Assembly (NCBI GenBank): GCA_963668025.2
Contig: CAXXTH010000010.1
Location: forward strand, 672,001 to 736,000
DNA: 64,000 nucleotides
From: Candidatus Hydrogenedentota bacterium
GTDB lineage: Bacteria > Hydrogenedentota > Hydrogenedentia > Hydrogenedentales > SLHB01
Reading direction: 5' to 3'
Below are positions 41,851 to 51,430 of this stretch, in pieces (position 1 is the first letter of the stretch; the number at the start of each line of letters is the position of its first letter). The position numbers and the translations under genes were made by a program. The notes under the pieces were generated by a model. That model ran no database searches and was not told the DNA's origin. It was given only the letters and a program-made list of their open reading frames with translations.

Positions 41851-43005
41851 TTATTGCTCTTTTTGCGCCCACTCGATCAAGATTTGAGCTACTTCAGGCC
41901 GGGTAAATTCGGGTGGAGGCATGATCCCTGCTTTAAGCATTTCACGGACTTTCGTGCCGCTCAGGAATACATGGTCATCGTTCGTGCCCGGGCAGGTTTT
42001 TTTAGACGCCATGCTCTGCGTGCGCTTCGAGTAGAACGAATGGTCGAAAAATAGGGGAGTGATGCCGATCTCGGCCGGATCAAATTCATCGAAGATGTAA
42101 TGGGCGTCATAGGTGCCGTAATAATTGCCGACGCCCGCATGGTCGCGGCCCACGATGAAATGAGTGCAGCCATAATTCCTGCGGATGATGGCGTGCATGA
42201 TGGCCTCTTTCGGCCCAGCATAACGCATATTCACCGGCATGAGGGAGAGCATGACATGGTCTTGGGGGTAGTATTTTTCCATGAGCGCCTGATAGCACCG
42301 CATGCGCACATCGCCGGGGATGTCATCGCTCTTGGTGGTGCCCATCAGCGGATGGATCAGGAGCCCATCGCACATTTCGAGGGCGCATTTGGTCAAATAT
42401 TCATGGGCGCGGTGAATGGGGTTGCGGGTCTGGAAGGCCACGATACGCCGCCAGCCGCGGCTCTCGAAGGCGGCGCGGGTTTCGATGGGGGTGAGATTAT
42501 ATTCTTGGAACTCGATCGTGCGGGCCTTGAGGACATCGAGGCCGCCCGCGAGAAACACTTCGCCCCGAGCGAGGGTGTATTGCACGCCCGGATGGTTCTC
42601 ATCCAAAGTGCGGTACACTTTTTCGGCGATCTCGCGGTGGTCGATATGGAATTTTTCGCTCAAGTGCAAAATGGACGACATATCGCCCATGTCGTCGACG
42701 ATGGCGATCTCTGAGCCTATCTCAAATGCTTGGGCCGTGCTGGCGTCCGTGGAGAGTAAAATGGGGATGGTCCACGGGATGCCAGGGCGCAGGCGCATCG
42801 TATCGAGGACCGAGCGCGTTTCCGCTTCGTTCATGAATCCGCATAGGGGGCTGAATAAACCCTTCGCGATTCCGTCGATATCAAACGCGGCATAGGCGTC
42901 CACGTGGAGCTTAGGCAATTTGGCCGCTTTGGCTTTGGCCGATTCCAGCGCGGAACCCGACAGCAGCCGGTTGACGAGCAGGCCGCCATGAGGTGCGATA
43001 GGCAT
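41851..43005 (-). CDS. sat: Sulfate adenylyltransferase (ATP sulfurylase)
   Basis: PHGG, FSPLCGFM, FQTRNPIHRAHE, MRYAGPKEA, HFIVGRDHAG, SGTKVR. Confidence 0.95.
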   Translation of the reverse strand: MPIAPHGGLLVNRLLSGSALESAKAKAAKLPKLHVDAYAAFDIDGIAKGLFSPLCGFMNEAETRSVLDTMRLRPGIPWTIPILLSTDASTAQAFEIGSEIAIVDDMGDMSSILHLSEKFHIDHREIAEKVYRTLDENHPGVQYTLARGEVFLAGGLDVLKARTIEFQEYNLTPIETRAAFESRGWRRIVAFQTRNPIHRAHEYLTKCALEMCDGLLIHPLMGTTKSDDIPGDVRMRCYQALMEKYYPQDHVMLSLMPVNMRYAGPKEAIMHAIIRRNYGCTHFIVGRDHAGVGNYYGTYDAHYIFDEFDPAEIGITPLFFDHSFYSKRTQSMASKKTCPGTNDDHVFLSGTKVREMLKAGIMPPPEFTRPEVAQILIEWAQKEQ

Positions 43006-43195
43006 AGGAACAATCTCCAGATGATTGAAAACATGTCACGAGGCGGACGCCCATGCGCCGCCTTTACGGAAGGCGTAGTCTAGCAGGCAGTTCTCCCATA
43101 CGCAACAACTTCCCGCCCGCTATCCCTTTTTCAAGCAAACCAATGCTTTCCCGCTTGTTCAGGGAGCGCTAGCGAAATTAGCCGGAAGATATATG

Positions 43196-43672
43196 TCATC
43201 CCTCACTTGTAGGAGGCGCAGGGCTTTCCTGCGTTTCCCGCAGGCGGACATATCGTTTGTTGGATTCGCGCAGGCGTTTGCTGAGCGTGCCGACGATGTT
43301 CAGCAAGATTTGCACGGCGACGCGCTTGGTCATGAGCTTGTGAAACGTGGTTTCGCTCAAGACAAAGAGGTTGGTATCTTCGCCTGCTACAGCGGAAGCG
43401 CTACGGGGCTCTTCGCTGATCAGGGCCATTTCGCCGAACATATCGCCCTCTTGGAGGCTGGTGATATGTTTTTTGCCGTCATATAGATCGACACGCCCGC
43501 CAAGCACGACATACATCGTATTGCCCGTGGTGTTCTGGTAAAAGATCACATTGCCTTTTTGAACATGCACGGTCAACCCGCTGGCGTATATCTTCGCCAC
43601 ATCGTCCGGGTTTAGCTTGGTAAACAGCTCGACCCGTTTCGCCAGCTCACGGAATTGCGTCAAGGAATGCAT
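43196..43672 (-). CDS. Stand-alone cyclic-nucleotide-binding domain protein
   Basis: MYVVLGGRV, GDMFGEMAL, PRSASA. Confidence 0.85.
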   Translation of the reverse strand: MHSLTQFRELAKRVELFTKLNPDDVAKIYASGLTVHVQKGNVIFYQNTTGNTMYVVLGGRVDLYDGKKHITSLQEGDMFGEMALISEEPRSASAVAGEDTNLFVLSETTFHKLMTKRVAVQILLNIVGTLSKRLRESNKRYVRLRETQESPAPPTSEG

Positions 43673-43717
43673 GGCGCTCTCCCCTTCCATGAATGTGAGG
43701 CTGCCGCCTCATTTTTG

Positions 43718-44545
43718 TTACACTACATAGATGTATCGGCTGCAATTCGGGCACGTATGCATGTGCTCTTTGTCATTGCGCACTTGCTGTACGAATTTCG
43801 TTGGCAGCTTGATGAAGCAGCCCTGGCACGTATCGCCTTCGACAGGCACCAGCGCGGGAGGCGCGCCCTTGGTGAGCCGGTCATAATGCTTCAGGATGCG
43901 GGGCTCCACCATCGAGCGGATATTGTCGATGCGCTGTTTGATCTGGGCTTTGCCCGAGCGGGCGTTGGCCAGCATTTCCTGGCAAAGCTGGAGCCGGGCG
44001 AGCAAAATCATGTCGGCGTGGCCATCAGGCGTCTGGTTAAGGCCCGGTTCTGCTTCGAAACCATCGCCCACTCCGTGATCTTCACTAAAGGAGGTGGAGG
44101 TGGTCTCCAGCAGATCGAAAATGTCGTCTTCCGTCTTAGCGGACATGATGCTGAGCAAGTGTTCTTTATCGCCCAGGAGCTTGGCTACCGTGGCGATGAA
44201 GTTAAGGTAGGTCGTCTGCTCCGCAGGGGGATAGCAGATCAAGAAGATCAAATGCACCGGCTTGCGGTCTATGGCCATAAAATCCAGGCCCTCGGGAACA
44301 CGGCCCAGCGCGCACGCGAGGGTTTTCATGCCGGTGACGCGCGCATGCGGCACGGCGATGCCCCGGCCGATGCCGGTGCTTTCCGTAATCTCACGGGCCA
44401 TGATTTGGTCGAGCGCGGGACCCACTTCTTGCATCTTCTTCTTTTCGAAGAGCAGATGAGTCAATTCCTTAAGGGCGTCGGCTTTTGTTTTGGCCTGCAT
44501 CTGAGGCACGATACACGCTTTTGTGATATATTTTGTCAGAACCAT
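43718..44545 (-). CDS. PTS EIIA (Ntr/Fru-type) domain fused to a C4 zinc-ribbon (DUF164/zf-RING_7-like) domain
   Basis: RE..STGIGRGIAVPHAR, DFMAIDRKPV; C-terminal YDRL...CQGC...CPNCSR. Confidence 0.82.
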   Translation of the reverse strand: MVLTKYITKACIVPQMQAKTKADALKELTHLLFEKKKMQEVGPALDQIMAREITESTGIGRGIAVPHARVTGMKTLACALGRVPEGLDFMAIDRKPVHLIFLICYPPAEQTTYLNFIATVAKLLGDKEHLLSIMSAKTEDDIFDLLETTSTSFSEDHGVGDGFEAEPGLNQTPDGHADMILLARLQLCQEMLANARSGKAQIKQRIDNIRSMVEPRILKHYDRLTKGAPPALVPVEGDTCQGCFIKLPTKFVQQVRNDKEHMHTCPNCSRYIYVV

Positions 44546-44731
44546 TCTGTAATTTCCTTCTTCCTCATCCACACCGCGCCACCCTTGTGTTCACTTTCTT
44601 TGGCTGCGGAAACATTCCGCGCCAAACAGTGTAGCATTCCCATGCGGCCTACACAATAAAAACATTGCAGCCAGGCGGCTTTTTTATAAATACGGCCTAA
44701 AATAACGGTTTCCGAGGGAGCCGTTTCCTGC

Positions 44732-44917
44732 TCAGTACCAAATGGAGGTGACCACGATAGGTTCGGAACTGGTCGTTTCCCGATGCTGGCCCATTCCGAA
44801 GCATTGGGTGATTTGTTTGGGCTCCACTTCGTGGTTTTCGAGCCAAGTATTGATATGTTCATCCATTTGGCGCAGCCCTTCGATACTCATTTTACCAATG
44901 AACGTCTGAACACGCAT
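44732..44917 (-). CDS. Small hypothetical protein, 61 aa
   Basis: AGGAGG RBS; MRVQTFIGKMSIEGLRQMDEHINTWL...VTSIWY, in line with aroK. Confidence 0.65.
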   Translation of the reverse strand: MRVQTFIGKMSIEGLRQMDEHINTWLENHEVEPKQITQCFGMGQHRETTSSEPIVVTSIWY

Positions 44918-44975
44918 GCCCTCACCCTCCTGTCCGCTTTGCGGAATTTCACCGTCCCAATTCACCCCATTCCAG

Positions 44976-45485
44976 TTAGCCGCATACGACATCGAGGATG
45001 CTTTGAGCGATTTCGCCCAATGTGCGCCCATCGGTGTCTATCACGTGATCCGCATATTGTGCATACAGCGGTTCGCGTACTTCGAGCACTTCATCTACTT
45101 CATCCAGGAACGATTTTTCCCCCGTGATGGATGGGCGTCCGCCATCGTCTTTAATGCGCTCCTTGATGATGTGCGCGGGAGCGGTAAGCCAGAATACATC
45201 GCCATGCGCTTTGAGGTGCGCCATATTCTGTTCCCTGCGGATAACGCCTCCGCCGGTGTCTATCACCATGCCGCACATGGACGCCGCGTTTTCGGCTACT
45301 TGTGACTCGATATCCCAGAAGGCTTCCCATCCGTGGCTATGTACGAAGCCAGGTATGGAACAGCCTGCCCGCCGTACAATTTCCTCGTCCATGTGGATCA
45401 CATCAAGGTGAGTGGCCATCGCCACCAGTTCCGCCACGCTCGATTTTCCCGTGCCTCGAAATCCGATCAGTACTATGTTCCGCAT
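44976..45485 (-). CDS. aroK: Shikimate kinase
   Basis: NIVLIGFRGTGKS, DEEI, TGGG, RP, REPLY. Confidence 0.92.
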   Translation of the reverse strand: MRNIVLIGFRGTGKSSVAELVAMATHLDVIHMDEEIVRRAGCSIPGFVHSHGWEAFWDIESQVAENAASMCGMVIDTGGGVIRREQNMAHLKAHGDVFWLTAPAHIIKERIKDDGGRPSITGEKSFLDEVDEVLEVREPLYAQYADHVIDTDGRTLGEIAQSILDVVCG

Positions 45486-45533
45486 TAGATACCTTGTTGT
45501 ATGATTCAATAAGACAGCACATTGCACGCCGCC

Positions 45534-46865
45534 TTATTGGGAATCCTTCCGCCATAGGGCTTGCCAGCCTAAATGCATCATATATTGGTCGAGCAGCACA
45601 ATGGCCATAAAGGCCTCGGCCACCGGCCACACGCGCGCCACGATAGTGGGATCGCGCCGTGTGACGGCGCTAAGTGTAGCGTTTTCGAGTGTGACTTTGT
45701 CAATAGTATGCTGGTCTTTGGCTATAGTGGGCGTAGGTTTCACTGCCAGGCGCGCCACAATGGGCTGTCCCGTGGCGAGGCCGCCCGTGATCCCGCCTGC
45801 ATGGTTGCCACTGAATTGCACGGTGTTGTTTTCGGCGCTCATCTGGTCGTTGCACTCCGACCCCGTCATGTCTTTCACGGCATATCCCGCGCCTATTTCG
45901 ACCGCCTTGATCGTGCCAATGCTCATCATGCGGCCCAATTCGCCATCGAGCTTGTCAAACACCGGCTCGCCCATTCCCGCAGGCACGCCCGTCGCGACGA
46001 CTTCCACTAGGCCGCCGCTCGAGTCGCCTTGATCGCGAATGGTGACAATACGCTCATACATGGCCATGGCGGCGTCGAAATCGGGACAGTTCAGCGTGGG
46101 ATGAACGCCATACTCATCGAAGACCGCCTCGGGATTCAACGGTTCCGCATCGGCCCGGACTTGGAGCAGGTCCCGCTCCAGCTCGCCTAACACCGCGATC
46201 TTTTCGATAAACCGCATGCTGGGTTTGAAACGTTCTTCACTAAAGAGCCAGCGGTAAATCACATCATGTTTACGGCGCAGCTCTCGGAAGGCTTCCACTT
46301 TGGCCCGGGCCGTTTCCAGGAGCACGTCGGGCGCACGTACGCCCGCGGCTTCTTTCACATACCCGAAAACATCAATGCCATGGCTTTTCAGTATGCGCTT
46401 GGCCACGGCTCCCGCCGCCACGAGGCTGGAGGTATACCGCCCGCTGAAAAAGCCGGCTCCTATCGAATCATCGCAAGAACCATATTTGATGTAGGACGCA
46501 TAGGAGGCATGGCCTGGCCGGGGAGTCCTGTTGGTGGACTGATATTGTTCGATATGCTCGAAGTGGCGGTCGAGGTTCGGGATTAGGATAACGAGCGGCG
46601 TGCCGTTTGTGCAGCCTGCATTATCGAAACCTGGCATAGTGTCCGCGGCGTTCACGCCGCTGAAAATGACCGGCACATCCGGCTCCCGGCGGGGAGAGGT
46701 CAATTCGCCCTGGCCCGGCTTGCGCAAGAGCAGCTCGCGGTAGATCTCTTCCTCCGTGATGCGCAATCCTGGCGGAACGCCCTGCAGATGGGCGGTTAAT
46801 CCTTCTTGGTACGAACCGCCCGCAACGGCGACTTGAAACAATTTACCGTAACTGCAACCTAACAC
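45534..46865 (-). CDS. aroC: Chorismate synthase family protein, divergent, with insertion
   Basis: TSPRREPD, PRPGHA, GDSSGG, GEPVFDKLD, NHAGGITGG, KPTPTI, RRDP; GTG start after AGGAGG; adjacent to aroK. Confidence 0.85.
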   Translation of the reverse strand: MLGCSYGKLFQVAVAGGSYQEGLTAHLQGVPPGLRITEEEIYRELLLRKPGQGELTSPRREPDVPVIFSGVNAADTMPGFDNAGCTNGTPLVILIPNLDRHFEHIEQYQSTNRTPRPGHASYASYIKYGSCDDSIGAGFFSGRYTSSLVAAGAVAKRILKSHGIDVFGYVKEAAGVRAPDVLLETARAKVEAFRELRRKHDVIYRWLFSEERFKPSMRFIEKIAVLGELERDLLQVRADAEPLNPEAVFDEYGVHPTLNCPDFDAAMAMYERIVTIRDQGDSSGGLVEVVATGVPAGMGEPVFDKLDGELGRMMSIGTIKAVEIGAGYAVKDMTGSECNDQMSAENNTVQFSGNHAGGITGGLATGQPIVARLAVKPTPTIAKDQHTIDKVTLENATLSAVTRRDPTIVARVWPVAEAFMAIVLLDQYMMHLGWQALWRKDSQ

Positions 46866-47258
46866 CTTTGTTCCTCCTGCATGCGTTGGCCTTACTGAGC
46901 TGGGCAAACGCATCTTTACACTTCATCGTTTGAGAATTCATATTTCTATTCAAAAAAACAGGAATCCTGCTCTCTTTCGGAGAACTCGCCACGGGAGGCT
47001 CAAGAGACACGGGAAATAGAATGACGTTGTGTCGCTTGCGCCCTTTATGGCGTTTCTATTTCATATGTGATTTCCGTACTCCCCTAAACCGCCTGTGCGT
47101 GCCGCGTATCGATATCCCCCCCTTGAAAGTGGCCGATACCCCGCTTCTTTTCGAGCAAGTATCAAGACATGGGAGAATAATGTCAAATCGAATAAATAAA
47201 TAAACAGAATAGGCGAAAAGATACGTAATTTCCTGGCATGTGCAGCGCTGGGATGGGT

Positions 47259-47984
47259 TCATGATCTGCGGCGGTTTATGAATGCTTCCATGAGAGTTTT
47301 CACGGCTTCACCTTCCGGGTCCGTGCGGCTGGCCGCCAGATCATACGCGGTGAGTTGCATCCAACCCGAAATCGTAGGATCCGCGCCTGCTTCCAGGAGA
47401 AGGCGCGCCATAGAGGCGGTGCAGGAATCCGCACAATCACCGAGTGGTGTTTCGCCGATTTGCTCTTCTTCATTGGCGTTGATATCCGCGCCAAGGCTTA
47501 TGAGATATTTCGCCGCCTCGTAATGGCCGTTCAGGCACGCCCAATGCAGCGGCATGCGGGAGCATTCGTCATAACTTGCCAAGCTCTTCTCATAACCGCC
47601 ATGTTCGACCAATAACTGAATAACGTCAAGGTAGCCAAAATGCGTTGCGACATGCAGAGGAGAATCTCCGCCTTCCTCGATGCTGGCGTCTGAATTAGCG
47701 CCATGCTCCAGCAGCATACGCACCTTGGCAAGGCGGTCTTCTGGCTCTTTTTCAAACATAGTGCCCAGCAGCGCGGTGAAGCCATCACCGGTGCAACGCA
47801 CATTCGGGTCTGCGCCAGCCTCCAACACCTTGCGCAGGATATCAGGGCCTTCGGGGCTTGCAAATACCGTTAACGAATTACCGTCTTCCAAGCCCGACAG
47901 ATTCACGCCTTGCTGTATAGCCGCCTGAAAGAGGTCGTCGCGGCCATCGCACAAACAGGCAATCAAGTATTCAAACGTATCCAT
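47259..47984 (-). CDS. Ankyrin-repeat protein
   Basis: GADPN, SPLHVA, MPLHWA, GADIN, GETPL repeats. Confidence 0.9.
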   Translation of the reverse strand: MDTFEYLIACLCDGRDDLFQAAIQQGVNLSGLEDGNSLTVFASPEGPDILRKVLEAGADPNVRCTGDGFTALLGTMFEKEPEDRLAKVRMLLEHGANSDASIEEGGDSPLHVATHFGYLDVIQLLVEHGGYEKSLASYDECSRMPLHWACLNGHYEAAKYLISLGADINANEEEQIGETPLGDCADSCTASMARLLLEAGADPTISGWMQLTAYDLAASRTDPEGEAVKTLMEAFINRRRS

Positions 47985-48010
47985 AGGTATTCGCCTTATC
48001 CGTAAGTCAT

Positions 48011-48370
48011 TTATGTGCGGGAAGGGTCTTTGCGGTTCTTATCGTCTGTAGGATTGAGATGGCATGCCGCGCCATTGCTTTTACGAGTGGCGTTTTGCGC
48101 CTGGCGCACCGCAATCCGGAACGACTCGTCGCCCAGGGTGTCCAGATAGGCTTGCCGCTTGCCAGCGGCGTATTGCACGCGGATATAGGCGATATCGAGC
48201 AGGGCGATGCCCAATGCGACGAAAAGCAGCAACGCCATGACGCCCCAGTAGGCGCAGAACATCGCCACGCTCGAGCGGGGGAATTCGGAATAAAGGCCGC
48301 CTATGGCCATGAGCACGCTCGAGGCCAAGGCGGCGATTCCTGTTTTACGCCAGCGCTGTTGCGTCAGCAT
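48011..48370 (-). CDS. Small two-TM membrane protein
   Basis: Two hydrophobic helices, YW...IALLD; collinear with neighbours. Confidence 0.65.
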   Translation of the reverse strand: MLTQQRWRKTGIAALASSVLMAIGGLYSEFPRSSVAMFCAYWGVMALLLFVALGIALLDIAYIRVQYAAGKRQAYLDTLGDESFRIAVRQAQNATRKSNGAACHLNPTDDKNRKDPSRT

Positions 48371-48394
48371 ATCGTGTTCTCCGGGAATCCGGGA

Positions 48395-48772
48395 TCAGTT
48401 GGGCACCCAGACCTGGTCTTCATACCGCTCGCCCGACGGCGAAACGCGGACGTGCGTCTCGTAGTGGCCGCCCGGGGGAGAGGCTGGCGCGGAGACGACT
48501 GGCGGCGCGGCGGAATAGGAAGTGGCTCGAGCGGTGCGTCCGCCTCCGCGTTCATCCACTTGGTCGCCTATCAACGCGCCCACAAGCGCGCCAGCTCCCG
48601 CGCCGATGAGCGCGCCGTTTCCGGAATGCCCGCTCTGATTGCCAATAATCGCTCCTGAAGCCGCACCCAGCGCCGCACCCACCACCGCGCCATCTTGAGT
48701 GGGCGTGGTGTTGCATGCCAGGGGAACCAACGCCATTGATGCCAGCACAAGTATCTGTACGCGTAACCGCAT
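48395..48772 (-). CDS. Glycine-zipper lipoprotein
   Basis: Lipobox PLAC; GAVVGAALGAASGAIIG..GALIGAGAGALVGALIG. Confidence 0.85.
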   Translation of the reverse strand: MRLRVQILVLASMALVPLACNTTPTQDGAVVGAALGAASGAIIGNQSGHSGNGALIGAGAGALVGALIGDQVDERGGGRTARATSYSAAPPVVSAPASPPGGHYETHVRVSPSGERYEDQVWVPN

Positions 48773-48898
48773 GTCTTGTTCCTTTCTATTTACTGCTTCC
48801 GCGCCATCGCGTGTTTGTCTTCCTTATATTATAGACGGCGCTGGCGCGTGTTGTATTCACATATGATTTCAGCCAGTAAAAATGTTACAAAAATTCGC

Positions 48899-50683
48899 CT
48901 AATGCCGGAACTGAGGTTCAATCGTTTTCACTTCCGAGCCGGAAGGAGGAGCGAAATCTCCCGTGTCTCCCGGATTTTGAGGCCGTACGCGGAGCATGGG
49001 GCCGCTTGGCGTATCGACTGTTTCCGCGAACTCGGGATCGGCGTCGGATTGCTTGAGTTTGCGCCAAGCGTCCGTCGGATCCGTGTTCTCATTCACGATC
49101 AGGAGCTTGCGGGCATAAATCGGGGCGGTCATCGCCAATATGCTCAGGTCGCCAAATCCTTCGGAATAGCCCTTTTCCGGCATTGAGGCGGTGACTTGCG
49201 CTCGATAGGTGGACACATTGATTATATTGGGCTTAAACTTCACCATAAGGTCATCTTTATCAATGTTCTTGGTCAGCACGGGTTCGCCGTCACATAGTAT
49301 TTGCACTTTATAGCCTTTTGCGCCCAAGACATTGACATACAGGGTGGCGTCCACCCCTGCCGGGATGATCCCGCCGGGCTTGATGTCTGACTTGCCATCA
49401 CTCAACACATCCGCCTCGAAATAGAGTTTTGGGCCCTTCGGATCGGTCGTAAGAAATGTGCATCCGCGCCGCAAGCCCTCGAGAATGCCAGCTAATGATT
49501 TTTCCTTGGCATACACATAGGTGACCGGCTGGCCCAAGGGGGTGGATTTTCCCCAAGACAGGCTTCCCGCGATGGGGCTTGCCCGAAGCCCGCGTTTCAA
49601 TTCATTGTCCCAAAAGAGCGTGGCCTGGCCGTTTGCCGAGAGCGCGGTCGTGTTCGCCGCGATGGACATGGAGTGGACCAGCCGGCCGGAAGTGTCTTTG
49701 CGCTTATGCTCCGCATCGAGCGCATTGAGGCCGACAGGCGGAATCTCCCGCCACCCCCGGCACCATACTTCGATCAGGTTTACATATGCATATCCGCGCT
49801 GCCAGGGCATTTGGGGAAAGCAGGGATGGGCGATGGCGAAAAGGCCGCCCTGGGATTGTACGCGGTAGACCACTCCTTGGCCGTCTCGGAAATCGTCAGA
49901 GACGGATGGGAAGGTGCCAGGCGCATAAATGAGGGCGACGCCTTTATCATCTGAGCCCCATTCTAGGGCAGGGATGAGCACTACTTTATCTGATTTGAAT
50001 GCAGAGTCGTCGCAGGCGGCCATGGTGTTGCGGTCGGTGATGGCAAGGAAATCCAGCGAGGATTTCTCTGCCCGTTTGATGAGCTCTTCAACGGATTCCT
50101 GGCCGCCACCATATTTCGAATGCGCATGAAGCTCGCCTTTATACCATCCCGCTTCAGTAGAAAAAGCCTTTGATTCGGTTTGCAGTGTCTTTAATCCAGG
50201 GACGCTTGAAGGATTATTGGGATCCGTTCCAGCGTCCAACTCCACCCGGTCGATGACGAGATCGCCGTCGCGATCAAAGTCCATGAGCCCATACGGCCCG
50301 CTGGTGCCCTCAACGAGGTTGACAGGGAGCGTAGCGCGGCCATTCGGAGGCACATCAATAGTCCGGATATCGACCAGAATGGGGACATCGTCTTGGTATA
50401 CATATAGATATGCTTTATACGAGCCTGCGGGGCAGGCCGTTTCAAGCGTACCTTTTGGAACCGGCAGCACGATGTGTGGCGCCGATTCGTCTTGCGTGGG
50501 AGCGAGCTCCACTTTTGAAGGGAGCTCTTGTGCGATGGCATTCGTGACATCTATGTGAAGCGAGCCTTGGGAAACAGGGCCCGCTTCCGTTCCTTTTGGA
50601 GAAAGAGATTCCTGTGCATGCATGGTTATTGGGAAGCATAACATGAACAGCAGGAACTGCGTGATACCTGTCCGGCGCATCAT
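48899..50683 (-). CDS. Secreted PHP-domain (CehA/McbA-like) protein
   Basis: Signal peptide; WYKGELHAHS, DFLAITDRN, IAHP; DFDRDGD Ca-binding-like loop. Confidence 0.75.
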   Translation of the reverse strand: MMRRTGITQFLLFMLCFPITMHAQESLSPKGTEAGPVSQGSLHIDVTNAIAQELPSKVELAPTQDESAPHIVLPVPKGTLETACPAGSYKAYLYVYQDDVPILVDIRTIDVPPNGRATLPVNLVEGTSGPYGLMDFDRDGDLVIDRVELDAGTDPNNPSSVPGLKTLQTESKAFSTEAGWYKGELHAHSKYGGGQESVEELIKRAEKSSLDFLAITDRNTMAACDDSAFKSDKVVLIPALEWGSDDKGVALIYAPGTFPSVSDDFRDGQGVVYRVQSQGGLFAIAHPCFPQMPWQRGYAYVNLIEVWCRGWREIPPVGLNALDAEHKRKDTSGRLVHSMSIAANTTALSANGQATLFWDNELKRGLRASPIAGSLSWGKSTPLGQPVTYVYAKEKSLAGILEGLRRGCTFLTTDPKGPKLYFEADVLSDGKSDIKPGGIIPAGVDATLYVNVLGAKGYKVQILCDGEPVLTKNIDKDDLMVKFKPNIINVSTYRAQVTASMPEKGYSEGFGDLSILAMTAPIYARKLLIVNENTDPTDAWRKLKQSDADPEFAETVDTPSGPMLRVRPQNPGDTGDFAPPSGSEVKTIEPQFRH

Positions 50684-50874
50684 CCTAGCGTGGTCTCCTC
50701 TGGGATTACTTGACTTGCGATAACATTTCTCTCATAATACCCCAAGCTGCCGCCATAAGCCAAGATATTTGTGCTTGCAAAGTGGAATAGGAGATGGTAT
50801 TTTGGCTGTTGTCTAATCAGATGTTTGTGTGTGTGACCTAGTTTAAGCCAACCGACCCAGGGAGAATTAGAGAC

Positions 50875-51312
50875 ATGTTATCGAGCATCGACATCAACAG
50901 CAGCGTAGCCGTATACGTGCAGATCGAGAATCACGTGCAGTTCGCTATCGCTTCTGGAAGGCTCAAAGCCGGAGACCAGCTGCCATCCGTACGTGAGTTG
51001 TCTGAGCGGCTGGGCGTGAACCCCAACACTGTCGCGAAAGCCTACCGGGACCTCGAAGTCATGGGACTGTTGTACACCCGCCGGGGCATGGGCGTTTTCG
51101 TGAATAAGGGCATCGACACCAAATGCCGTGAAGAATGCCGCAAACGAATCATTAATCGCATGCACGAAGTCGTAGCGGAAGCGAAGGCCTCTGGCATGAA
51201 CAGTAAAGAGATTAGTGATATCGCGGAAAAGTGCTTTGCCCTTGACGTAGACCCCTACAGCACGACTCCGAATTCTGTCATGGCGCTTGCCAAAGCCACG
51301 AAGAAGAAATAA
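50875..51312 (+). CDS. GntR-family regulator, YtrA subfamily
   Basis: YVQIE, LPSVRELS, VNPNTVAKAY, RGMGVFV; short C-terminal domain. Confidence 0.92.
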   Translation: MLSSIDINSSVAVYVQIENHVQFAIASGRLKAGDQLPSVRELSERLGVNPNTVAKAYRDLEVMGLLYTRRGMGVFVNKGIDTKCREECRKRIINRMHEVVAEAKASGMNSKEISDIAEKCFALDVDPYSTTPNSVMALAKATKKK

Positions 51313-51391
51313 GCGCATCTTTTTGAACCAAACGACAAAACAAGAGTGCATCCGCATTAGACAACGCGATATATGGCGAGTGAGTGATAAT

Positions 51392-51430
51392 AGGCGGGAA
51401 TCTCAAAGAGATTGAGATGCCCGCTTTTTT
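51392..51430. terminator. Rho-independent terminator between convergent gntR and araC; 5' exon hairpin for intron B copy 2
   Basis: AGGCGGG-AATCTCAA-loop-TTGAGAT-GCCCGC-TTTTTT directly before GTGTG. Confidence 0.85.

Noticed and set aside
43655-44659. Long antisense ORFs (e.g. 43655-44659, 62485-63564, 60902-61729) and the same-strand off-frame ORF 55007-56065
   Set aside because: They overlap well-supported genes, as expected in GC-rich DNA, and carry no motifs
47021-47262. Small ORFs or toxin partner downstream of the ankyrin gene
   Set aside because: No RBS or motif support; AT-rich intergenic character
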